Shown in pieces: positions 1 through 13,160 of a DNA stretch of 64,000 nucleotides. Under the pieces are notes generated by a model, which was not told where the DNA came from, made no database searches, and worked only from the letters and a program-made list of their open reading frames with translations. The stretch spans positions 13,578,001 through 13,642,000 of the forward strand of contig CM106586.1 in the NCBI GenBank assembly GCA_048013815.1. The letters run 5' to 3'. The position numbers and the translations under genes were made by a program. This stretch comes from Setoptus koraiensis. Taxonomy: Eukaryota; Animalia; Arthropoda. Position 1 is the stretch's first letter. Every line of letters starts with the position of its first letter.

Positions 1-2301
1 ACTTCCTGTCCCGTTGGGACGCATGTGAGCGCGTTCGCAAGCTGGCGTCAATTGTGGCCCGAATTGGGCACTCTAGTGAGCGGTGCGCCCATGGTGTGCG
101 GCGGCCCAGCGGCGCCCGTGTCCGCGACAGCGCTCTCGGGTGGCGCTAATGAGTCATCGTCGTTGAATCGTTGTTTCGCCCAGTGCCCCAATTGTCACTA
201 TTCGTTTGATTGGCGCCAACAGCAACAACAACAACATCGCAGCCAGCAGCAGCAGCATCAGGCCACAAGTCACCACGAGGACAACTCAATGATGACGCAA
301 CAGGATGAATGCAAGCGACCGTCACTCACCTATAGTGATTATTCATCCTCTTTCGATGACAACACCAGCGCCAACGCCAGCTCTATGCTGTCCATGATCA
401 ATCTGGCGACGCCTAGCTCGCTCAGTCTGAGCGCCAACGTGGCCACAATGTTTGGCAAGATCGCTGCCGCCAGCGCCACCACCGCCAACAACAACAACAA
501 CAACAACAGCAGCAACAACAGCAACAACAACAACACCGCTGCCGCCGCTTGCTGTAACCGGTACCATCAGCGGAACAGCCAATCGTGCCTGTTTCGTTCT
601 GGCGATCACCATCAATTGCGCCGCCAGAGCACCATCACCAATCAGCAGCACCGGCAGCAGCAGCCCTACCTGCGCAATAGGGCGCCCCGGTCGTCGTCGC
701 TGTGCGCCATCACGGCCGGTCAGCTGCCCGGCACCAACAACAGCAACGGCAACAACAACAACAGCAACAACAGCGGCAACAACAGCGGCAACAACAATAA
801 TAGCGGCAACAGCAACCACGACTACAGAAACGACGCTCATTATCAAGCGACGCACCAGACGAATCAGACGCAGCCGACGCTGGCCATAATGCGCCAGCAA
901 CTCGACCAGCACCGCACAAACCCGACCAGTCCGCCCGGCACGCCCGTGCCCGGCTCGGACAACTCGTCGCGGGCCATATCGCCGCAATCGTGGTCGGCCT
1001 CGTCGACGCCCTCGCCCACAGTGGGCTCAATAAATGGCTCTATCGTGCTCAACGGCAACAACCGCCAACAACAACAACAACAGCAGCAGCAGCAGCTTAA
1101 TTTCTCCTCTAGCTCGCTGTCGAACAGCGCCAGAAAACAACAACAACAACAACAGCAACAACAGCGCACGTTGACAAACCACTCGGTCAGTCGATCCACG
1201 TATCACCACGTTGGCGGATACGCTCGTCATGTGGGCCCCGCACCGTCGTTGCCGGCACCGACAACGGTCAAAAACAGCAACCTCGTTATGTCCAATTCGT
1301 GGCATCAGCAGCAGTTCAGCATCAACGACGCCACAATGTCGCAACAACAACAACAGCAGCAACAGCAGCAGCAGCAATCGAACTATGCAAATGCGGCCCA
1401 AACGACGCTGGCCGAATCGCTCGAGTCGCAATTGTCGCTAGAGTACTCCGCGTCCAATATAAGCTCCAGCGGCTATCAATCGAGCGCCAGCGCAGCCATA
1501 GCGCACAGCAGCCGCACAGCGGCCGTTGTTGGAAACAAATTATTCAATAACAATTATGGCGGCCTATTTTGCAATCAGGCAACAACAACAACAACGAACA
1601 ACAAACATTTTGCCAGTGCCCTGGCGAACGGGCCCGGCCAACAGCCATTGTCCGGCGCCAGCCAATTAGACAGTGTTGGCTCGACGAGCAGCGGTGCCAC
1701 GAATTATCTGAAGCATCTGGCCCACTTTGTACCTCAGCAAGCTCAGTGCTACCAGCAGCAACAGCATCAATATAAATCTTTTCATCAGCAACAACAGCAC
1801 CAATTACTGTTTCAAGGTCGCGCATCGCTGGCGCTCAATAGCAACACCGCCGGCCTATCTGGCCTCAACCAGACGGGCGTGTATTATTTCTTTTGTTGTT
1901 GCTCGCCCCAACAACAACAGCAACAACAGCAACAACAGCAACAACAGCAACAACAGCAGCAGCAACAACAGCAGCAACAGCAGCAACAGCAGCAACAACA
2001 GCAACAACAACAGCAGCAGCAACAGCAACAACAGCAACAACAACCAAGTCGACAGCAAGACGAAGAAACTCCGCTGCTGCGAGAACAAAGAGAACGAGAA
2101 AATCGTCGCGCACAAGAAGAGCCACAAGCGCCCTCTAGCTCGGGCCCCAACCGGCAGCGAGCCAACAGTTCAGACAACCGGCAAGTCGCAAATCAGGTGA
2201 CGAGCGCAGCCAGTTCCCCTGGGCACTTGAGCTCGCGGCCCGCGGCCGACTGCGCCAGCAGCGGTAGTGGCAGCAAGACAAGCGGCAAAGATCCGGACAA
2301 G
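1..2301 (+). CDS. PDE3: PDE3-type phosphodiesterase, probable 5' coding exon (open to the window start; Q/N/S-rich)
   Basis: Frame is open from base 1 to a strong phase-0 donor AAG|GTGAGT at 2301/2302, matching the phase-0 acceptor at 21541. RSSSLCAITAGQL (688-726) has the same spacing as the PDE3A regulatory motif RRTSLPCIPREQL (recalled). Linkage across a 19-kb intron is inferred. Confidence 0.55.
1909..2043 (+). repeat. Coding CAA/CAG tract, 45 Gln
   Basis: 135 nt of uninterrupted CAA/CAG codons in the exon-1 frame. Confidence 0.95.
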
Positions 2302-5300
2302 GTGAGTAGGCCAGTATGAAACGTCGCATAAATAAATGGGAGAGGGGGTACCTAGCGCCGTTGGCGAGCTGATGACATTGTGTTTTGGTGCAAGTGTGGC
2401 GCTACGGTAGCGGGCTGCGTTCGTTGCCGCACCGGCGTGGCTCGTGCAAATCTTGCATGCACGCGCCACACAACGCGTTGGGGCCCGCCGCTGACAGCAA
2501 CTTAAAAACTTTGCAACCAGCTCCCTCTCCGACAAGCGAGTGCCATCTAAGCGACCCTAAGTAAACAAGTCGCCCCACTAGCGACTGGCGCGACACAGAT
2601 ATAAATCTCGGCAACACGCTGACACCGAAGCGTTCACTGGGCCGCAGCTTGTCAGCTGATAAATAGAGGCCCAAACAAGGTGGCGCTTGTCGTCGTTGGT
2701 GCTCGTTGCGATGCGCCATGTCCCGCCAGCGTGATATATCATTGGCCAGCCATATATTTCGAGCCAGCCAGCCAGCCAGCCAAAGATAGTGCAAGTGAGA
2801 TTGACAAGATTGAGATGACAGCGCCGCGGCCGCGGTGGCGCCAGCAGCAGCCACTAGTCAGACTAGTCAGACTAGTCAGAGGTTTATTTAAAGTTTCGCC
2901 AGAATCATTATAATGGCGAGAAATGGGCGCCACGAGGCCCCCTCGCAAACGCTGCGCGCCATGTACACAGATACGGATATATACGGTATATCCGTGTATG
3001 CTGCTGCTCGGCTGGCCCATTATCCGGGCCGACGGGCTGATGATGATCGCGAGGCCGCCCGCTCAGTTCAACGCAAACACACGGCGCACACAATGAGCGG
3101 CGGATAATCATTTGCCGACAATGATAGAGTGATGCAATTTGGATTTTGTTATAGTTCACTCTGCGTGCCAGTAACTTATGAATTATGAAAATTCCAGCCA
3201 GCCCGTCAGCCCAGCGGCCCGGCGGCCCGGCAGCCAGTTAGGCGCCGGCGGTATGCAAAATTACGGCCGTCACTCGTTGCGGGTGTTGCGGGCGATACGC
3301 TCAAATATGCATTTAAGTCAGTGGCAAATTGCGATAATGGAGCGTGCGCAATATCCAATTATGTCCGCTGGCTGGCTGGCTGTCTGTCTGATGGCAACGG
3401 GCGCCGATGCTCGACGCTCAGCCGGAGCCTCATAGGGGCCCCACAGACCGCACAGATCTCTCGGCGGTTGGGGCCCGCAGTTGAGCCGCCCAGGCGCCAG
3501 AGTAGTGGCTGTAAGTAGGGGATTATGCCCGCGCAATAGCATCAATAATCAAACGACTTGCCAGACCGATCGATTTTTGAGGCGGCTGTCAATTTTGTAG
3601 ATTCAATTTGATGATCACGCTGGCTCACGCTGGCCCCCACTGGCACCGCCAACAATTGTACTTGTATTACTACCGCTGGCATTGAGTAATATATTTAATA
3701 TTTAATATAGAATATATAATATTTATTTATCAAGATGAAGAACAACATGGTCACAAATTACTGCGCCATTGGCGCGCAAAATATCAATCTTGGGGCCCCG
3801 TGCTGCATGGATATATGAACTCATATGCTCATGTATGGGGCCAGATGTTGTTGTGCGTTGTTATTCGTGTTTGTCGTGTTTGTCGTGCTCGGGCCCCGCT
3901 CGTCAAACCCAAGAAAAAAGAAAAACTCTGGCCAATCGAGTGCGACATGCAACGGCTTATCCAGCGACATTGATCATAGTGGTCGTGCAAGAAACTATTG
4001 AACAGTATAAACGCGATTGAAGAGGCCCCTGCCGGTGTGTGCGTATGTCAGATATTGGAGCAGATTTATGGAGCGGCAGAAACAGAATGCGAACACAAAA
4101 TACACAACAAAATGCATAACAAAATACAGAGCGCAATACGCAAAACGAATTGCAATACGAAATGCACAACAAACTGCAAAACATAATACCAAACAAAATA
4201 CCAAACAAAAATACAAAACAAAGATTTCAATTACAAAATGTCCATATCTCATTCCCGTCATATTACACATAACGGCATGTCAGACACATGTTTGCATAAT
4301 GTGTCTTGCCATAATTTTGTTATTCAACAACCGGGCGCCGTGTGTTCTCTTTGACAGGGCCCACTGTGTGCTCCGGCCAGCGACAAGCTGCAATTTCTGG
4401 GTGGAGAATTCAATTTGGGAGCCGCACGAGCGTCGTCTCGAATCGTTTGCGATGGTCGCAGATCGCTACGGATCGCTCGAAATCGGCGCCAAGTGCCCGA
4501 AATCGGCGCGAAATCGCTCCGAATTGCTGTGAATCGCTCAAGACGATTGCAGATGGCGAGAAGCTAGCGGCGCGCGCGCGAACACTCCACAATAATCGGG
4601 CCCCAACGAGCAACAAATAATCTACATAATTTATAAGGCACCTTGGCTGCAGCGACGGGGCCGAAGCGCTAGTGGCGCTGATGAGCGGGCCGCGTTTTGT
4701 CGCGTCTCACCTCGCCACGCGACACAAAATGGGGCCCCATATATATTTGCCAAACAAACGCTCGGAGGCCACCGCAATTGTCACAAACATGGCACAGTGG
4801 ATAATGGCCGCAGCGATAAAAGTTGCATTGTTGCTGTTTTTATGCGCGTGTCCGAATAATAGCCAGGCGGCCGGCTGGCATTGCCGGCGGCTATTTGTTT
4901 CGGATATCCGATTGAGTTTTTTTGCTGTGGCGCTGTGGCGCGCGCGTTTTGCACCAACTTAACCGTTATAAAGTCATAGGATGAGGCGCCTATTTGGCGG
5001 GCGCTTATCGCCGGCAAGTTGCAATAAACCGCCAGCCAGTTGCGACAATAGTTGCGCGATTTGTGTTCGTTGGGGCGCCGTTCAAACGCCCCACGAGCAC
5101 TGGCGAGCCTGTGCGAGATAAGATGGCCGACATAACTGCATAAATAGATAATAAATAATTGGGCCGGCCGTCTTGATTTCACCCTAAAGGCTCATTTAGG
5201 CCGTGTGTGTGTGCGTACCTGTCTCTGGCTGGCCGCTTCCACTTGTGACACGGTTGTTGCTGCTTGACCGTTTCATCCTGCCAACGTGATACCACCGGTC

Positions 5301-5974
5301 GGCCAATTTGGCGCCATCATTTTCGCCAGCCAAGCTTACGTATAATGAAATTTGTATATCCAATCACAAGCGCCCAAGTGGAGCCGCCAAGCGAGCCAAA
5401 CGGCGCCCTCACTTCGGCGGGCCCAATCGATGCATTATTGATGCACTGTTGGCGCTATGTTGGCGCTATGTTGGCGCACTGTTGGGGCCCCAATTGGGGC
5501 CAGTTGGCGCTGTTGACGACGAGCAAAGTGAAAGTGAATGGCACAGGATGGTGGCTGTATCGGCTCGCCGACGGTGATCGGACCGGCGCTCGCCGGCCAG
5601 CTAATGCTTACGGGCGCGATAAGACACACACACACACACACTATTTATTAGCTTGTCTTGGCAAAAATGTCTCGGCAAATGTTACGCAAACACTGGCTAA
5701 TATCGACTATGAATAGTAAATTAGTTGAAGAGGCAGAGAGAGCAAGTTTTATGCATCACGTGCCGTATTGTTGATTATTTGCAAACACACACACACAATC
5801 GCAAGTGTGTCAGAGCGCCGCCAGATACGTGATACAGCCAGACACGGATGGCTTGCCCACCCAACACACGATATTTCACCTGTCTCGCCTCACCTGCGGG
5901 CTAGACAGCGAGCAAGCGAGCCCGAGCGACATGTAGATCTATCAGAGCTTGTTCAACTGCCATTCATCCGGCCT

Positions 5975-6119
5975 GCTCTTTTCGGGCTCTTTTCGGGCTC
6001 TTTTTGGGCTCTTTTCGGGCTCTTTTTGGGCTCTTTTTGGGCTCTTTTTGGGCTCTTTTCGGGCTCTTTTCGAGCTCTTTCGGGGCCCTTCGGGACTCTT
6101 TTGGGCCTTTTTCGGGCCT
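5975..6119. repeat. Degenerate 11-12-mer minisatellite (GCTCTTTTCGG)n
   Basis: Tandem copies with variable T-run length, read directly from the sequence. Confidence 0.9.
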
Positions 6120-6427
6120 GTTTAGGGGCTATGTTTGGAGTGGCACACGGCGGGCCGTGTTGTGGCAATGTTTTTAGTGGCAATTTGCAGTTGTTTGCAT
6201 TGGTAAATTGCAGTGCCGGCTCTTGATTTGTAACCGACTACAATAACTAATTCTGGGCAACATTTGTAAGCCGGCATCAGCGACAACAGCGACAGCAACG
6301 ACAACAAGGGCGCCCATTTAAATTCAAGAATGCACCCCACGGTTCGTGGGGGGGGGGGAGGCAGGCAGGCAGGCCGGTATGACGGTTCCGTATAATGGTA
6401 GCGTCTGACGACCATCAGCAGCCCGCT

Positions 6428-6540
6428 AACAAGCCAACAACCGACAACCAACAACCGACAAGCGACAACCAGCGACCGACAACCAGCAAGCGACAACCGG
6501 CAAGCGACAACCGGCAAGCGATAACCAGCGACCGACTAGC
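6428..6540. repeat. 7/14-mer ACAACCG/ACAAGCG minisatellite
   Basis: Tandem degenerate copies. Confidence 0.8.
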
Positions 6541-6785
6541 GGCTCGCTATTGCGAAATAATGCCGGCCAAGGATTGATTTTTCGTCTGGCCTTGTCACCC
6601 CCATTTGGCCCGTCATTGAGCCGGCTTGTCGGCGGCGCCCATTGGGCCCCTCATACTCGCAAGCAAGTGCTCGACAGTGCGCGACTCGCTACTAGCAAGT
6701 CGCTAGTTGTGCGCGAGCCTTCCGGGTGCCAGGTTATGTTATGTATATTATGTAACCATGTCAGAAGATGGCTGGCTGCAGCGGC

Positions 6786-6932
6786 GGCAACAACGACGCC
6801 AACAACAACAACAACATCAACAACAACGACAACAACAACAACGACAACAACAACAACAACATCAACAACAACGACAACAACAACAACGACAACAACAACA
6901 ACAACAGCAACGACAGCAACAACAACAACAAC
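6786..6932. repeat. Intronic (CAA/CGA)n trinucleotide tract
   Basis: Read directly. No splice context supports coding use. Confidence 0.9.
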
Positions 6933-9708
6933 ATTAGCATTAGGCCGACAGGCAGTAGATCGTTATTGGTCGTTGCTCCCAGCTATGCGCCTCCGCCGGC
7001 CTGTCCGCTAAGCTCGCGTTGTGTCGCGTGCAAATGAGACACGCGCACACTGACACGGACTGGAAATAGCGCGCGAACGACCCTAGGTGCTCGAATTCTC
7101 GCAAGCTCGGCTCGTTGGCCGGCGCGCCTTGCCAGTTAAGCGCGCCTTGCCAGTTAAATTGGTCGCCAGTTTAGATGGTTGTTGCTGGCACAAGCTGGCA
7201 CAGTAGCAGCAACAACAAGCCACTTGGCACAGTTATGTATCACATATCATGCCGGCGCTCAGGGGCCACAATTGGGGCCCGCTTGCATCCAGGGCCAGGC
7301 CTCAATGGAAGTCACATCCGTTTGCCAGTGGGCCAACGAGAGGCCGGCTTACATTGGCGGCGCTCACCTCGTTGCCGGCGGCTTATCTGGCGGCAACAAG
7401 GCCGCGCGGCGCCTTGGGCCGCCAATGTAAATGAGTCGCAACCAACGCAGCCAGCCAACGCAGCCAGCCAAAGTGTACTGTGCACTGGGGCCGCACCAAT
7501 ATTATCCGGATTATCCCCATTGTTGCTGGGGCGTCTTCTATCGTTAAGTTCCGGTAGCAACAATAGCAAATCATGTGTGGCTGCTGGCTCTCTAGTGTGC
7601 CAGAGCACACACGAGCTGGGGCCCCAGCCCCGTTTTTACCAATGAACACGGGGCTGCATAATTCATCATTTGGTGTGCCCTCTAGTGGCGCCATAGGTGC
7701 TGTTGTTATTGCTTGTTTTGCGTACAGTTGGTGCCCTTGTCGTCGCCGTCGTCTTGGTATGGTCTTTGTATCTCTGGCATTGTATCTGGCATTGTATCTC
7801 TCACCAGCGAGACAGCCAGCTAGACAGACAGTCAGACAGACAGACAGATAGGCTGGCTATTTGAACACTGGGCACAATCTGACAAGTCCAAATAGATGGG
7901 GCCCGCACTCGAGCACTCGCTGCCGTGCGGGCTAAATAGAAAGAATGGCCCCCCCCCCTGTCAAGAGATTTAACGCAAACATCACTGTGATGGGCCGTGT
8001 TTATTTAGTTTATTTCACGACAACTTCAAGTCTTGCCAGCACTCGCCCCCCCCCCGTTCACCTGTGCCGCTGTTGAGACTGTTGAGGCTGTTGGGGCTGT
8101 TGGGGCCACGCTCTAACTAGCAGCTAGCAGCGGCGGCAATTGTCAGCGATGTGCGAGGCACCACAGCAAAAAGAGGGCGCTGCTGCCTTCGTTTTTTTTT
8201 CTGCTGCCTAAACCCACGACTCGACGAGCCACGACGACGGCCAAAAAAGAATACTAAAATGCCAATATACACCTGTCTGGTTCCGTGCCGTTCCGTTATT
8301 ATTTCCGTATGAAAAGCAGCTTATTTTTGGCGTGGCAGCGCTCCTTTTTATATTCAACACTATCTACATATTCACTTCCTCCATTCAGTCCACTTCAACT
8401 GCTGCCACTGGCCGCATCCAATAGTCAATTTATGATCTATCTATCCGCCACTATAAATACTGCTCACCTGTTCAGTACAGTACAGTATACAGTTTGGGCG
8501 ACAATTCGGCGCGACTCGCGAACACAATAACAAACAACAACAAACAACAACAAAGCCTCTTTTTCCTTTTTAATCCCGCTCTCTCTCTCTCGCTCGCTGC
8601 CAGCCAGCCAGAGAAGGCCGCTGATGGCCTGACATGGGGCCCACTGGGCACCGCTGGGCCAATGTCGGCATCGCTGAATATATTAGTGGTTAGTGGCGCT
8701 CTTTTCCAATAACAGCTTGCAGTTTCAATATGGCCTCTCTTTTGTCCACTCTCGCGACGCACCTATCAATTGTGTTGGTTCACACTGTGAAATTAAATTT
8801 TTCAGCTGGCCAGTCGATCAATTGATCATTATTTGTCCTGTTGCCATTAGACCGAGCCGAGATTTATTCTTCTGCCAATTTCCACGTGCCGCTTGCTGCT
8901 TTGGTTGCTGCTTTGGACAGTCTACTCTGCCAGTGGGGCCCGCCGCATGAACGCCAGGGGCCCCTCGCAAGCCCCAATTAATTGATCGCGTCCAACACAA
9001 TTCAGTTCGCGTCGAACAAAATTCAGTTGTGGCCGACGCCGTGTTTCACGCGGCGCAATCTAACGGTGCGTTGCCAATTCAGATTTCGGCTCTGGCGCTT
9101 TTTTCTCCCTCATATCCCTCAATTATTGAGGCTCAATACCATTACGCCATTATTGGTGATGACTGCCCCAGATGGAGTGGCAAAGAGACGAGTGCTAGCG
9201 ATCATTAGATCATTTAGAGAAAAAACACTAAAACACAGCGAACAGAGCGCGACCGAATACAGTAACAGGAAGTGGTCTGGTTTTAGTGGTGGCCGACAGG
9301 TATATAACGGCCCGTTATTAACGGGTATTGGGCGGCAGATATTAGAGAATTTAGTGGAGGATAGCGACAAAAATTGTATCATAAGTAATGATCGAAAAAT
9401 AAAACATACAACAAAAAAGTCTGAGACAAGTCGCAGTTAATCTTTATAGGGGTTATGGTCGGTTTATAACACGCGTGAGCTGCAGCCGGAAAAAGGGTAA
9501 CGCTTATGGTGACTCGTTTGAGAAATTTCCACCCGGTCCACATATTATATAACATAATATATAACATATTATATAACCGGCAGCGGTTATTCAATGCCGT
9601 CGCAAGTAGAGCTGGTATGTTTTTTTCTCTAAATATCATACTAAGGAAAGGCGACCCGTCAACCTGTCTCAGCCATCCAGTTCCAGGTAGCTGGATCTGG
9701 CTCGAAAC

Positions 9709-10210
9709 TAGAGAGCTCCATGGGTAATCAGTTCGTTTTACCGAAACGAACCCAACCCAACCGAATATCTAACCGGATATTTTTTCCCACTAAAAGCCGA
9801 CACCGGAGCGAAATCAAAAAAGTGACCACTTATCGGGCTTACTTTAAGCTTTCCGTTATCGAGTAGGTGTCGTTAACTTTAAGCGACCCCTTTGAATATG
9901 CTAGTTGACATTTACAAATGGCTCAACACCAATCAAGCTGCTTATGCTGTGCAAGGCTCGTTTATTTGTGGGACAGATTCTATCGAAAAACTAGCTGTTT
10001 CAGCCAATTTTTCATTAGCTATAACAGAATATGCGATAATGCCGTCGGTTATCTAACAAATGCGCTTAACACGATTCCAATGAACGTGCCAGTTAAATAG
10101 GCGTCCGCTTTCGGTTCTCTTTCAAACCCAACCGACACCGGACCGAAATCGAAGCCGTCACGCTCAACCGAACGGTTAACGGCATTTTCCGTGCGGTCTC
10201 GCCATCTCTA
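9709..10210. mobile_element. Non-autonomous hAT-type DNA transposon (MITE), 502 bp
   Basis: Exact 8-bp flanking duplication CTCGAAAC (9701-9708 and 10211-10218). Ends are TAGAGA.../...CCATCTCTA, many AACCG/CGGTT subterminal motifs are present, and there is no transposase ORF. Confidence 0.85.
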
Positions 10211-10632
10211 CTCGAAACTTTGCATTTTCACCCTTTTTGCGTTTGATTTATTTCTCTCGAGATGCGCGATATAACACCACAGCACTGACCACAGGCTAGA
10301 CTCGCCAAACAACGAGACTCTCGTTATGAGAGGCCAATTCAAGCAGCCACTCTAATATCGTCACTTTGCCCCTTCTCTTTGTAAATGATTCAAATTTATA
10401 AATGAATGATGTAATCAATCTGCAATTATCTTGCGTGTGAGTGTGTGTGTGTGAGCTATGAAAATTGCTAGATTATTATCCGCGCGTCAGTATAAATCAT
10501 ATCAACGCGAATCACGAAGCTTTAACAGTTTGACTCATTTCATATGAGGGACCGATTCAAGATTGACTGTAACTTTAAAATGACTTTATTGGCCGCTTTC
10601 CTGGTCGGCTGAATATCACTATTCTGTCGTGT

Positions 10633-10753
10633 AATAATGATAACATCCAGTCGGATAATAATCATGATATCCAGACGGCTAATAATAACAACATCCAGTC
10701 GGATAATAATAACAATATCCAGTCGGATAATAATAATGGTAGCCAGTTGGATA
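10633..10753. repeat. 24-bp minisatellite x5 (AATAATAACAATATCCAGTCGGAT)
   Basis: Five contiguous degenerate units, no spacers. Confidence 0.9.
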
Positions 10754-11929
10754 GTTGCATCGAGTGCTCGATGAGCTGTTGCTGCCAAAGAGTGACTACT
10801 CAGATGTATCAACTAGCTGGTATATAAATCACACAACAATTGCCATTGTTTATCGGGTTTATTTCTTCATTTTTTTATTGCCTGCATCATTGGGTGTATT
10901 GTGGGCCCCATTGTCGTTTGAATTGGCTTGTTATACTGCAGCGATCCTGCTGAATGATGGCAACAAACTGACTCAAGCGGATCAATTATGGCCCCTTAGC
11001 GTCACATGAGGCGACAATCATTGCCGCGACTCGGTATGTGCGATATGTCGAAAAGCAGGAATGAGCAGTTATTATTATTTATTACTCGATGCTCGCTTGC
11101 TATTCTTTTTATCTCTAGCCACCCGATACATAAGCCAATTTTGTGACATTACGTCATGTATCACACACACACACACTGTAATACTGCACACTAGATTGCA
11201 CGTCAGTGCACGTGATTTAAGTGATTGAGAGATAAGCCAATAACAAAACACAAAATTGATGCCTGCTCCGTTTAATCCATCATAGCCAGCCAGTGAGCCA
11301 TTTAGTTGGTGCCGGCAAGCGAGCGAGTTTGTTGGCCCCATGGCCCCATCCGCCGCCATCCGCCGCCATCCGTTATCCGCCAGCCAGCCAACGAGCGAGC
11401 GAGCCAGCCAGCGAGCGAGCCAGCCAGCCAGCCTGAGCCAGTCAGCAATGATGCAACAACAAACTGGGTCAATTTTTCAGTCTTGCTCGGCCCCGTTTAA
11501 AGGCAGGGGTGGGGGCCCCTTTTAAAATGGCTGCTGCCACAAATTCGCATGCTTGTGGCAAGCTGTCTTTTTTTCTCGGCTGTTAATTTTTGCGCTGGCT
11601 TCTTTTTTTCATCCGGCCGCCACTTATCCTCGCTCGGCATCGCCACTCGCCTATCTGGGCCTAATTGAATTTGATCATCGTCATAACAAGCAACTCGCAA
11701 GGTGATTGTGTGATACACCTACAGCAATCACCGGCTGCATCTACCTGGCCTCGGTTAGATTCGCGCTAAATTCGCGCTAGATTCGCGCTAGATTCGCGCT
11801 AGATTGTTGTTGTTGCGCGCCACCGCCACTCATGTGCGCGACATAAGTCGCCCCAAAAACCAGTTCTTGCCGATCCGTCCTCGAATCTCTCAATTCACTC
11901 TTGATTTCTCAGCGCTGTTGCCATTGTTG

Positions 11930-12025
11930 TTGCTGTTGTTGTTGCTGTTGTTGTTGCTGCTGCTGTTGGCGTTGTTGCTGTCGCTGTTGTTGTTGTTGCT
12001 GTTGTTGCCGCTGTTGTTGTTGCCG
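11930..12025. repeat. (TTG/CTG)n trinucleotide tract
   Basis: Read directly. Confidence 0.9.
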
Positions 12026-12716
12026 TTGTGTTACCGTTGTTGTCGGCGGCCACCATTATTGCCTAGCCAATTGGCCGCTATTATCGGCTGGCGCCATCGG
12101 CGCAGCGTCGGTACTCGCGGCGGCGCGCTGTCTCCGCTTGACCTGGATTTGGCTCAGTCGGGTGTTCATTGCGCCCCCACTGGCGCTCCCATCAGGCGAG
12201 TTCAATCGAGTTAACGGGGCTCGGCACGGATCTGGCTGCAAATGGATCTATTAGAATAGAACGTGATATGACCGAGTAATCATTGGGGCGCCGCTTGTTG
12301 GCATGAGGCCGTATGAGGAACAAGAGCCAGCCAGAAGTGATCAGTCAGCTTGACACTGCTCACCTGTTCTAAGTGTCAGTCAATTTTTATTATCGACGCG
12401 CTCACATCATCTTTCATGCGGGCTCCCCGCCAGCCAGCCCAAACTAGCGCCAGCCAGCCAGAGCTAGCCAGCGCTTGTCAGGCCGTGTCAGGTGCATCCG
12501 CTAACTGCGTCGCACAACAGCCAGCGGATAGAGCGGATAGAGCGGACAGAGCGGATAGAGCGGATAAAATGGATAAAAGGGGCCAGAGTTGGTGCGCCAG
12601 TTTGTACGTTTGAGCGAGCACACACGTTGTTTGTGCCGGCGATGTTTATGCCGATGTTGTTTATGCCTTGTTATGTTAACTTTTATCCCTTTCTCTCAAC
12701 AATGTGCATCCACTGG

Positions 12717-12766
<50 letters not shown>

Positions 12767-13090
12767 CACACAGACCAAAATACCCCAACAGGCGCCCTCA
12801 ACGCTCTAAATGGGCCCCATTCAGACACGTTAAGTTTTGGCGTGAGAAGCTCGCTGGCAAGCTCACTTGTTAGTGCAACAAACTAACAAGCGCCCACTGG
12901 CGAGCTTAGCGAGTGCCACGAGCGGCGCTTAGCGCAAACATAACGTGTGTCGAGTCGCAACATTGTATTTTGGCACCTGGGCCCCCCCCCCAAAGTCCGA
13001 CGGCGCCGCACCTTGGCCGCACAAATGAGCCAGCGGGCGGAAGCGCGCCTTTGTGTGCCAGCGGGCGGTTTGCGCAACCTCGACCGGGCC

Positions 13091-13160
13091 CGTCTTGTGC
13101 GGTCTTGTGCGGCCTTGTGCGATCTTGTGCGGCCTTGTGCGATCTTGTGCGGTCCTGTGC
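13091..13160. repeat. 10-bp tandem repeat x7 (GGYCTTGTGC-like)
   Basis: Read directly. Confidence 0.9.

Noticed and set aside
339-2329. Numerous overlapping poly-L, poly-C, poly-V and poly-T ORFs in the track here and around other trinucleotide tracts
   Set aside because: They are antisense or out-of-frame shadows of CAA/CAG repeats, which contain no stops in several frames.
8982-9440. 152-aa ORF beside the MITE
   Set aside because: No transposase or other motif was recognised and there is no splice support.
10633-10753. CRISPR-like appearance of regular repeats (also 16381-16560 and 21262-21390)
   Set aside because: The units are contiguous with no unique spacers, there are no cas genes, and the context is eukaryotic.
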